This document shows positions 11,465-22,330 of a stretch of 64,000 nucleotides of DNA, in pieces. The notes below the pieces were generated by a model. The model was not told where the DNA came from. It saw only the letters and a list, made by a program, of their open reading frames with translations, and did not search any database. The position numbers and the translations under genes were made by a program. The stretch is from contig CAXHJY010000257.1 in the NCBI GenBank assembly GCA_964016885.1, positions 1 to 64,000 of the forward strand, in the 5' to 3' direction. Numbering within the stretch: position 1 is the first letter of the stretch; each line of letters starts with the position of its first letter. This stretch comes from Eledone cirrhosa (taxonomy: Eukaryota).

Positions 11465-13083
11465 ATCGACGGCCTCGGAAATCAGGGCGATCGGCACCTT
11501 ACTGGAGGAGTACGAAAGGTTTACAGGGGCTAAGCTGAACCGGGACAAGTCGATCGGTCTGCAACTCGGCACGTGGAGGGGCAGATCGATGCCCTCCAAT
11601 GGCGTCGTCGGGCACTGGACGGAGGGCCTGGTGAAGTTGCTCGGGGTCTGGTTCGGACCAGACCTCCAGGTGGAGAAGAAATGGGGTGAGGTGACGAACA
11701 GGGTGTTTGCACTGACCCAGAAGTGGGCCGAGTGCAAACTGTCCCTGAAAGAATGGGCGGAGGTGGCGAACACTTATATAGCGTCCGTCATCTACTACCG
11801 CCTGACCGTTGTGCCTTGCCCAAGGGAAACGCTCGCCAAAATGGAGTGCGCACTCTTCCAATTCCTTTGGAAGAAGCGGGCTCCTATGGTGAGGAGATCC
11901 ATCTGCTGTCAACACCCTTCGAAAGGAGGGCTGGGGATGCCGTGGCTAATGATACGTAAACACGCATTAAGGCTACGGCACCTTCAGGTATTCCTCTCCG
12001 GTCAACCGGTGTGGGCCCCGTTTGTCAGGCGAGCCTTTCCCAGACTCGTCTCACTCACCGAGCTGCAATCCTGGGTCAAGCAAAGACCGAGAAAACTGGG
12101 CGCCTGGCACACCTAGTGTGCCCAGGCACTCACGGCTCTCTGGCAGGTGGACCCGGCTGTCAGTGGAAAATCCACCTCGTCATTCTATAGAGGGCTGGTG
12201 GTTAGCAGGTGCGACGACGCCCTCGGAGAAGCCCTAGGCATGGAGGAAGATGAACTGGCCAATCTGTTCGGTAGGACATTCAGCCCGGGACTCATGGATA
12301 ACTTCCAGAGGTCCCTGGCCTGGCAATGCTACAGAAGGGCTCTGCCCGTTCGAGAAAGGCTCTACAGACACGGGCGCCCGGGTAGGGACCCATCGAAAAA
12401 GATCTGTCCCAGATGCGTGTGCGACGAGGAAACCGTTGCACACGCATTGGTACACTGCTCGGGCATTGCCGATCTGTGGGGTTATGTCGAACAACTGCTG
12501 TCAAGGGTGGGACCAATCCGGTTGACCACCGAGTCTATTGTAACGATCAAGCCGCCTCCCCTCTTCAAAAACGAAGGAGAGGCGGTGTTTCTGTGCGTAA
12601 TAGCCATGGCGAAAGAGGTTGTATGGTGGACGCGTCTGAAAGGACTGAGGTCAGACACCTTTCTCTCTGGCCAACAACTAGTCCGTTTCTTCCGATATCA
12701 TTTCGGAAGAAGGATCAGGATGGAGAGAGAGGTGCTGCACCCCAGCCGTTTCTATGAAAGATGGGTGAAAGTGGCGAGAATGGCCCGTGTGAATGGGCCT
12801 TCACTCTACATCAGACTATAGGTGAGGAAGATGAAAGACCAAGGGAGCACCCCTTCTCTGTGCTCCTGAGGAGAAGGGTTGCAAACTTTTTTCGGGGGTG
12901 TGTGCGACCCCCCAAGGCGCCTCCTCTCCATTGAGGACTTTGTTATAAATTTTATTTTTTGTTATATTTTATTTTATTTTTATATATTGTTATTGCCTCC
13001 TCCTTATTGAGGACCCCTTGTTTTGTAAACTCCCCCCATTGTACTTGTCCCACTTTTGATGCCCTGGTGGCAAATAAAAGAAA
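11465..13083 (+). mobile_element. L1/Tx1-clade retrotransposon, copy C, 5'-truncated just after the YADD motif
   Basis: Collinear with copy B from about 9884. In-frame TAG at 12114-12116, ORF2 stop at 12819-12821, conserved 3' UTR, AATAAA at 13073-13078. Confidence 0.92.
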
Positions 13084-14719
13084 CATAGATATAATATATA
13101 TAGATATAATATATATAGATATAATATATATAGATATAATATATATAGATATAATATATATAGATATAATATATATAGATATAATATATATAGATATAAT
13201 ATATATAGATATAATATATATAGATATAATATATATAGATATAATATATATAGATATAATATATATAGATATAATATATATAGATATAATATATATAGAT
13301 ATAATATATATAGATATAATATATATAGATATAATATATATAGATATAATATATATAGATATAATATATATAGATATAATATATATAGATATAATATATA
13401 TAGATATAATATATATAGATATAATATATATAGATATAATATATATAGATATAATATATATAGATATAATATATATAGATATAATATATATAGATATAAT
13501 ATATATAGATATAATATATATAGATATAATATATATAGATATAATATATATAGATATAATATATATAGATATAATATATATAGATATAATATATATAGAT
13601 ATAATATATATAGATATAATATATATAGATATAATATATATAGATATAATATATATAGATATAATATATATAGATATAATATATATAGATATAATATATA
13701 TAGATATAATATATAGATATATAATATATAGATATATAATATATAGATATATAATATATAGATATATAATATATATAATATATATATATATAATATATAT
13801 ATATATAATATATAGATATATAATATATATATATATAATATATATATATAATATATATATATATAATATATATATATATATAATATAATATATATATAAT
13901 ATATATATATATAATATATATATAATATAATATATATATAATATAATATATATATAATATATATATAATATAATATATATATAATATATATATAATATAA
14001 TATATATATAATATATATATATAATATATATATATAATATATATATATATAATATATATATATAATATATATATATATAATATATATATATATAATATAT
14101 ATATATATATAATATATATATATAATATATATATAATATATATATATAATATATATATATAATATATATATAATATATATATATAATATATATATATAAT
14201 ATATAAATATAATATATATATATAATATATATATATAATATATAAATATAATATATATATATAATATATATATATAATATATATAATATATATATAATAT
14301 ATATATATAATATATAAATATAATATATAAATATAATATATATATATAATATATAAATATAATATATATATATAATATATATATATAATATATATATATA
14401 AAATATAAATATAATATATATATATAATATATATATATAATATATATATATAATATATATATAATATATAAATATAATATATAATATATAAATATAATAT
14501 ATATATATAATATATATATAATATATATATATATAATATATATATAATATATATATATATAATATATAAATATAATATATATATATATATATATAATATA
14601 TATAATATATATATATATATTATATAATATATATAATATATATATATATATATTATATAATATATATAATATTATATAATATATATATATATTATATAAT
14701 ATATATATATATTATATAA
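13084..14719. repeat. AT-rich satellite: homogeneous 15-bp unit ATAGATATAATATAT (about 42 copies) decaying into (AT)n/ATAAT variants
   Basis: Identical 60-nt lines from 13141 to about 13700, then 13-bp and irregular units. Confidence 0.97.
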
Positions 14720-16277
14720 TCTATATATATAAAACTGTGGTTGTCTGTCTGTCTATCGATTTTTGGCACACATCTTTTAGAATCTCTCACGGAATTGCAC
14801 CGAAATTGCTATACTTGTACATAGAGCCCTAGCGAAGACATCGGAAAAAAATATTTCAAATTGACCCACCCTATGTGACGAAATCGAATATAATGTATCG
14901 ATTTTTCAGCGTAAGTTATCAGTTATTTCCCTTTGTTCTGTTTACAATGAGCGTCTTACGTAAAAAATTACGCTGGCTTTCTCAGCGTTTAAAATGACAT
15001 TAACACAATACACGAACAGACAGTTGTCGAGCCAGCAAAATATTGACCTGCAAAATTCATCAGTTCGAACACTAAGCTTCCGTTTTGCTTCATTTCCATT
15101 TAAAAGCATTTTAAAACAATATTTTTACTTGAAAACAAGTCTATTTAAAGACTACGTAAAACAAGCAAATATTTTGTCGTTAGGCGTGCAGACAGACAGT
15201 CGTGCAGAGAGGTGATATACGCGTGCAGACAGTCGTGCAGAGAGGTGATATAGGCGTGCAGACAGACAGTCGTGCAGAGAGGTGATATAGGCGTGCAGAC
15301 AGACAGTCGTGCAGAGAGGTGATATAGGCGTGCAGACAGACAGTCGTGCAGAGAGGTGATATAGGCGTGCAGACAGACATAACTGATAATTTGGTTACGC
15401 TAATGTTTTTCTCTGCGTTGCAGTGTTTACATTTTCGATCTTTGTTAATAAATAACCAGTGCAGTTTCTATCCCCAGCATCCTCTTTTGTTATAACATTC
15501 GGGTTATCGTTATGTTTTCTTAACTTCATAAGGCATATTGTTGGTTGAGGGAATATTAATCAAAAATACCACATGCAAGTCTGCACAGTAGACACTACAG
15601 TTTTTAAGCCAAGAAAGAAACTTAACATTGTAACTTTAACACAGCTACTGAGCGTACAATACACGAACAGTTGTCGAGCCAGCAAAATATTGACCTGCAA
15701 AATTCATCAGTTCGAACACTAAGCTTCCGTTTTGCTTCATTTCCATTTAAAAGCATTTTAAAACAATATTTTTACTTGAAAACAAGTCTATTTAAAGACT
15801 ACGTAAAACAAGCAAATATTTCGTCGTTAGGCGTGCAGACAGACAGTCGTGCAGAGAGGTGATATAGGCGTGCAGACAGATAGGCGTGCAGACAGACAGT
15901 CGTGCAGAGAGGTGATATAGGCGTGCAGACAGACAGTCGTGCAGAGAGGTGATATAGGCGTGCAGACAGACATAACTGATAATTTGGTTACGCTAATGTT
16001 TTTCTCTGCGTTGCAGTGTTTACATTTTCGATCTTTGTTAATAAATAACCAGTGCAGTTTTTATCCCCAGCAACCTCTTTTGTTATAACATTCGGGTTAT
16101 CGTTATGTTTTCTTAACTTCATAAGGCATATTGTTGGTTGAGGGAATATTAATCAAAAACACCACATGCAAGTCTGCACAGTAGACACTACAGTTTTTAA
16201 GCCAAAAAAGAAACTTAACATTGTAACTTTAACACAGCTACTGAGCGACCCCGAGCAACGCCGGGCTTTACTGCTAG
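14720..16277 (+). mobile_element. Non-autonomous Helitron (Lep1-like)
   Basis: Starts A|TCTATATATATAAAA with GTCT repeats nearby. Ends with a hairpin (CCCGAGCAACGCCGGG) and CTAG|T. Sits between A and T with no TSD. Confidence 0.85.
15005..16247 (+). repeat. Internal tandem duplication (about 0.6-0.65 kb units) carrying a 37-bp minisatellite
   Basis: Units 15005-15655 and 15656-16247. TAGGCGTGCAGACAGACAGTCGTGCAGAGAGGTGATA is repeated at about 15181-15378 and 15828-15971. Confidence 0.93.
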
Positions 16278-16559
16278 TATATAATATATAAATATATAAT
16301 ATATATAATATATATTATATAATATATATATATATAATATATATATAATATATATAATATACATATATATATATATAAAATTTTATAAGAAACACAAAAT
16401 AAAAATATAACCTGCAAATGACAAAACTGCGTATTTAATGGTAGCTAAAGCTGGAACAAGGCTAAAGGTGTTTGTAATAGCTATAGTTGGTTGGTAGGGA
16501 AATGAAAAGAGAAGGGAATAGGGTGGAAATAAAAAGATATGATTATAGTTACCTGAGCA

Positions 16560-16900
16560 ACAGCTATAGATAATCAATAGGGCTGAAATGATGGTAACTC
16601 TTTCTTTCATTGTGAGTTAGAGCTGGGCATGTGAACGACTTTACCGGAGCCCAGAACACAAGGCTAACTGGGTATACAGCTTATTTTGGGGACCAGTTTA
16701 ATAGTTAGGATGTTGGCAGAATGAGAGAAATAATGAAACAGAAATTTATTTAAAAAGCAAAATACAAATTACCAAACAAAATAAGAATTGAAGAATGGCA
16801 AGTATTACTCCGTAAACAGTTAGTTGGTTGTCTTGTTTCATATTGTAGAGCAGGTATAAATGACAGGTGCTGACTAAGGAGAGAAAAGTTGTACTGTGCC
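16560..16900 (-). mobile_element. Possible highly degenerate Penelope-like GIY-YIG C-terminal remnant
   Basis: Only faint residue spacing (LYxxET.., VLG.., IF.L) across several frames. Confidence 0.2.
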
Positions 16901-17451
16901 TAGAGTGGGTCTGATAAAAAGTGAGAATGGCATGGAAAAACATTGATAGAGCAACACTCAATTATTGTCTGGTGAAGAAATAAGGTGAAACTGTCCAGCC
17001 ATTTTCAGTTTTAATAGTTAGTCACACTGAAGAGAAAAGAACATGTTATTAAGAAATGGGGGAAATATAGTAAATATAAGGTGTGAAATATTGATGAGAG
17101 GGAAGTATAATTTAGAAGTGGACTGATTGTCTTCAAATTGCTATCCTTGGAACTATGAAAATGTAATTAATCTATTAAAGAGGTTAATGACATTGGTATT
17201 AATTTAATAGTCACTAATTTAGAAACCGATTCTTCAGCAACAAACTATATCACAAACTGAATCATCTGATAAAAACTGCCTATCCATATATATAATCTTT
17301 TATAAAGTTGATAAACTTTATGACGATAAAACTGGGATTAAGTTAGTGGGGTTTTGGGTTGTTTTTTCTAAGTTATATTTTAATCTACTAGGCTATTTAT
17401 GGAGATGATGCCTAAACAAAAAAAATAATGCAAATAAACAAACAATGTACT

Positions 17452-17622
17452 ATTGTATCGGTAGAGGGTCGGACGCCATGCTTTCCAGCATAGTTACGTC
17501 CCTTTACGATCTGAGTTCAAATCCCGCCGAGGTTGACTTTGCCTTTCATCCTTACGGGGTCGATGAAATAAAGTACCAGTAATGAACTGGGTATTTGCTG
17601 GCCTAAAGTAGAAACAATTATT
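17452..17622 (+). mobile_element. tRNA-derived SINE with Meta-type central domain (family 1)
   Basis: B-box GAGTTCAAATCC and core GCCTTTCATCCTTACGGGGTCGATGAAATAAAGTACCAG. Five copies in the window. Confidence 0.85.
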
Positions 17623-18314
17623 TAGTGTATTGTTTTCAGTTCCCACAATATTAAAAGTTGTTGACAAAATTTAACCACCTTTAACTACTATCACAAGATT
17701 TTTAAAGGGATTTCTCATTTACAGAAAAAAAATTGTAAGTTAGTGAAGTGAGAGAACCGCAACACGTTTATTAGTTACGCAAATACATATTTGATGTAAC
17801 CAAATTTTACAGCTATGAATAAATTTTGCTGGTTTATTAGTGTATGTATATAAATATTTGATGTAGACAAATATTCCAACTGAACTATTTAAGAGAGAAA
17901 AGTATTAACTACTTTAAAAGGTGAGAAAATATTGCATCTGTTTAATATAAAATATTTTTTAATCAAATACTGGTTACTGTAAGCATCCGAATTGAGTAAA
18001 AGAACTTGTAATATTTATTTAATGGTGAGAAAAGGAGGAATGTAATAATGAAACAAGGAAGATGGATTGATGTAAACGTTACTATTAAATGATTATAAAC
18101 TAGTGTGAAAGTACAAAGAGATAAACACAACACTCACCATAAACAGACTTGGATGAGAAAGTTAAGAGAAAACAGGTGTTAAATTATTAGAGGTGATATA
18201 TTAGGGGAGATATAAAGGGGAAATATATATATATATATATATAAGGTGTTGAATAATTGGAGGTGATACAGAAGGGTTATATATATATATGTGTTGAATA
18301 ATTGGGAGTGATAC

Positions 18315-18357
<43 letters not shown>

Positions 18358-20706
18358 ATGTTGAATTATTGGGGGTGATATATTAGCAGGGGAACCATAA
18401 CTTCAATAAATTATTTAGATTTCTGTTATCGCTAACTTATACAAATGCTTTGTTAAATAAATATGAAGCGGGGACTGTGTCTGATAACAACAATTGGAAG
18501 AAAAGAGAGAAGCTGTGAATGGGGACAAATCTAACCAGGTTACTAAGTGACAGTAGGGTTAAAACATGAATGTAAATTAATACTCCTGAAATTTAGTGAA
18601 CAGGATCCCACTTTAGCTACCAGACACACCTACACCTGTACCTTATAATATAACTGATTCATGTAGACAGTTTCTTTTTGCTGTCTTCAATCCTCCCACT
18701 CCCTCTTGTTCTTTCACTTTCTCCTCTTCCACACTCCTTCCTCTCTCTAACTCCATGTTTTATCTCACTATCTACCTCTCCCCTTCTATAATCATTTCTC
18801 TCTCTCTCCTCTACATTGCCCTATCCCTCTTTCTCTCTATTCCCACCTCTCTGGTTGTCGATGACAACAATGAACATCATAAGTTATGAGTGTATCAGAT
18901 GGTTAACTACCAACTTCCATTCAGTGACCAGGACTGTATTATTTCTCCTGAGGAAACCTTGTCGTTCCACAGGAACAATATATTCTCCCAGTCATTTTTT
19001 TTTTTTTGCTGTAATGAGGTGAAAGATTGAAGTGTCAGGGGAAGAGCCAAAATATGGGTGGGCTTTGGGTTGTTCTTAGATAAGGCCTTAAATGCTGATT
19101 GATACAGCTCTGATCTATAGGCTGTATATGGACAGTGAAGGTCGTTTTTTTTAAAGGGGGGAGGGGCACAATCACTACGTTGACATCAGAATCCAGGTCA
19201 TCAGGATGCGAGATCTATACCCACGGGCGTTAATTATCAAGGTGCTGTGTTCGTAAGCCCTTATAATGGTCGTAAATGTGAGCGGTCGTTAAACGAAGAT
19301 TATTACTAAATCAAGACATATTTTAAAAGCCAGAAGGTTGAGAGAGAGAGGAATAGATGTTAATGTTTGACTATCATCACACCACTACTAAACTAAGTCA
19401 AATTAGAAAAGGCAATTAAATAAAGCAAAGGTGTAGTTATATGTAGACACGAGATCAGTGACCTTTTCACATGGTGGTTTAATTACAAATGTCTCTGGAC
19501 AAACAAACGACGAAGTTAAATGATAGTTACAATAAACAAGTATGTTATAATCGACATAACTAGAGTTTAGTTTCCACAGCACAGGTTTTCTTTCCTTCTA
19601 ACTTCCTTAATAATGTATATTTTCATATAAAATTTTGCAGATAAACATTAATATTTTTTTTTTTAAATTGTTGTATACTTCTAATATATTTAAATGTTTG
19701 TGTGTGTGTTTTATGTAATTCAGAAGCAAAGGCAAAGGAATAAGAGTGCTCTATGTATAGAACAGAGCTGTTTAATTAGAAAGTGAACAACATAAAATAT
19801 TACTCCATTACCAAATGTTTCTGGACCACAGACGATAAGATAATATATGTCTGGATCGGTCGTCTGACAGATGTTATAGATAAAAGATATGAAATGAGAT
19901 TTAAAATCTGTTGAAAATTGGAAGTCAGACTTCCAATTTCCAAATACACATATACACACATACCAGTATATATAATATATGCACCTATAACAAATATATA
20001 CGTACGAGAAAGTATACGTTACACCACAAAACATACCTATACAAATAAGTAATGGTATAAACATAAAATATACTTAGCTACCACATCAAGACATTATCCG
20101 CGTATTATTCGTACTAACCGTTAATGTGGGGCTGTAATACAGGAAAGTTTTATGCAATTTGTGTTTACAAGCCGAAATTGCCTCAGATTTTTTTGTGTAT
20201 TTCGTTTTTGTGTGTGTATGCATGTTTGTACGTATATATGGTGTGTATATGTGTACATTGAGTTTTGGTATATATACGTTTGGTGAACATATGTGTATTT
20301 ACCTGTAGGCATGTGTGTGCGTACGTTATATACGTATTTATGTGTGTATATTTATAAACGTTCATATAATTATATGTATACACATACAGACATTTTTTTT
20401 ATATGTGTATTTCGTGTATACATTCGTATGTGTGACCGTATTTATAAGTACGTACATGTATTTGCATGCATGGCATGTGTTTTCGCGTATGCACGTGTAT
20501 GTGCGTATATAGATGTGTGTATGTATATAATCAAAGAGATATTTAATTTGTTGGTTATTCAATAAATTTATTTATAGCAGATTCGAAGCACTCTACAAGT
20601 TTCTTCTGGAGTATAATATCAATGATATTATCATCATCATCATCATCTGCGTTTAACGACCATTTTTCACGCTAGCAAACGGAAACTATCTTTATAAAAC
20701 CATATT

Positions 20707-20768
20707 TATTTTATTATATATATTTCAAGGGTACCAAAAATGTTGGTATGCTCTCATCAGATAAAATA
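20707..20768 (-). ncRNA. Minimal type I hammerhead ribozyme (Penelope-type)
   Basis: Minus strand reads TATTTTAT-CTGATGA-[GAGcaTACCAA cattt TTGGTAccCTT]-GAAA-TATATA-TA^ATAAAATA: 8-bp stem I, intact core, palindromic stem III loop, AUA triplet. Confidence 0.85.
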
Positions 20769-21737
20769 CAAAAGTTGTTTTATAAATATTGACATATCCA
20801 AAACACAAGAACTTATCATTTTAAGTTCAGTTTGGATAGTGAAAGAAATTTCAAATCTTAGGATGAATATGTTAATTAGGCTAAACGTACAGTTGAAAAA
20901 GCTCATATTTAGATGGTAGGTAAATTTAAATATTTAAGGGAAGAAGAGAGAGAGGTTAATATTGCAAGAAAATTTAAGGAATGAGTATAAGAAAAAAATG
21001 ATATTATAGTTAGAAATACACTTATTATTAAAATATAATTGTATAGATCATATCAGTGATGGTGTAAAGAGAGTGATACAATTATATTTATTTATTTAAT
21101 TATAATTATACACCCCGGTAGTATTCACAAAATAATATGAGAACTATAAATGTGTTGAAGTGGTGGAATACCAATTTTAAAATTGAGAGATAGTACTAAT
21201 TATTGGATCTATTCTAATCATGAGTTATAATATTATATAGATAATATATATAAGTATATTTTATGAAGAATTAAGGTTGTAAGTATATTTTATTATATTA
21301 CAGGTTATTTATATAAATAATTTTGGTGAGTATATATGTTTTTTTCAGTAGATAGATAATTTAAATATTTTTATTATATGTTAAGCGTTTCGATAATTTT
21401 TGTGTTTACATTTTCAATATATAGTTAAGATAAAGGAAGTAGTTCTAGTTTTATTAGAGAAGATTATTTAGTGCATTCTATAGTTCAATCAAGATAGGAA
21501 TACATTTACAAAGTTTAGTAAGTTAACGAAATTATACAGAAAATTTAATATTTGTGTAAAGTTGTTACTTAGAAGAAATATTTAAGTGTGTTACACTATA
21601 AAGGAAAAGATAACTCAATATTTCTTAGTTAAAATAGTTAGGTTACATTTGTTGTTTATACTACAATTTACTTTAAAAGAATTTTTTCAAAGATAACAAT
21701 TCTTTTATATATGTATTTAGATAGCATTATCTGCAAA

Positions 21738-21927
21738 GGGCGGTGGATTGGCAGTATCGGTAGAAGGTTGGAAGCCATGCTTTCCAGCATAATTACGTCC
21801 CTTTACGATCTAAGTTCAAATCCTGCCGAGGTTGACTTTGCCTTTCATCCTTACGGGGTCGATAAAATAAAGTACCAGTAATGCACTGGTTAATTACTGG
21901 CCTTGTGCCTAAAGTAGAAACAATTAT
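21738..21927 (+). mobile_element. SINE family 1 copy
   Basis: GGCGGTGGATTGGCAGTATCGG head, B-box and the same core as 17452. Confidence 0.85.
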
Positions 21928-22111
21928 CTACATTGCTGCAAATGTTAATGTCTATATAGTCAATTATGAAGAAATGTTAGAGACATCCAAAGTATGATAT
22001 CACAAGAAAGATATATTTCAAAATATTTAAAAAACCATTTTAAAAGAGTATCATTTGAAAAATATCATTTAAAAAGAATAACATCATCCCATGAGGTATA
22101 GATAATATTTT

Positions 22112-22330
22112 CTATAGATTATAGATACTTCTGAATGTTTTGGTTTGGCGATGTCTGCAAGAACTGAATAATTCTTTCTTTTTGTTAATAGAGTTTTGGC
22201 TGGTAAGTATATGAAAAATGTCCTCAATACACAAATGACAAATTCTTGAAGAGCCATATTTCTGTATGCGGGCGCTTTCAAAATCGTTCCCCAAGAGATT
22301 GAATAATCTAATTTGGTACTTAAAAGACAA
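22112..22330 (-). pseudogene. Penelope-like element, C-terminal part of GIY-YIG endonuclease region (degenerate)
   Basis: RICHLCIEDIFHILTSQNSINKKKELFSSCRH matches the CxLCxxE...NK(R/K)xE...CRH tail seen in invertebrate PLE ORFs. Confidence 0.6.

Larger units (their letters stand above)
5851..11467 (+). mobile_element. L1/Tx1-clade retrotransposon, copy B (apparently full length, different subfamily)
   Basis: Same organisation as copy A: 5' UTR hairpins, ORF1, ORF2, AATAAA at 11432-11437, then (ATCT)6ATC at 11441-11467. Confidence 0.92.

Noticed and set aside
1-13083. HeT-A/TART-like telomeric retrotransposon array
   Set aside because: The head-to-tail layout fits, but there are no telomeric repeats, and the crumbs-like exon splices toward lower coordinates, so the gene must continue past position 1 and the array is most likely intronic.
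12959-13888. 309-aa (IDIIY)n ORF and the other Y/I/H/C/M-rich ORFs at 51-64 kb
   Set aside because: Translations of satellite or microsatellite DNA.
15181-15971. CRISPR-like array (37-bp repeats)
   Set aside because: Units are directly tandem with no unique spacers, lie inside a Helitron in eukaryotic DNA, and no cas genes are present.
18138-18147. Minus-strand microexon (pyrimidine tract, AAG|TCTGTTTATG|GTGAGT)
   Set aside because: 10 nt would shift the frame after a phase-1 exon, the acceptor is a weak AAG, and there is no support without transcripts.
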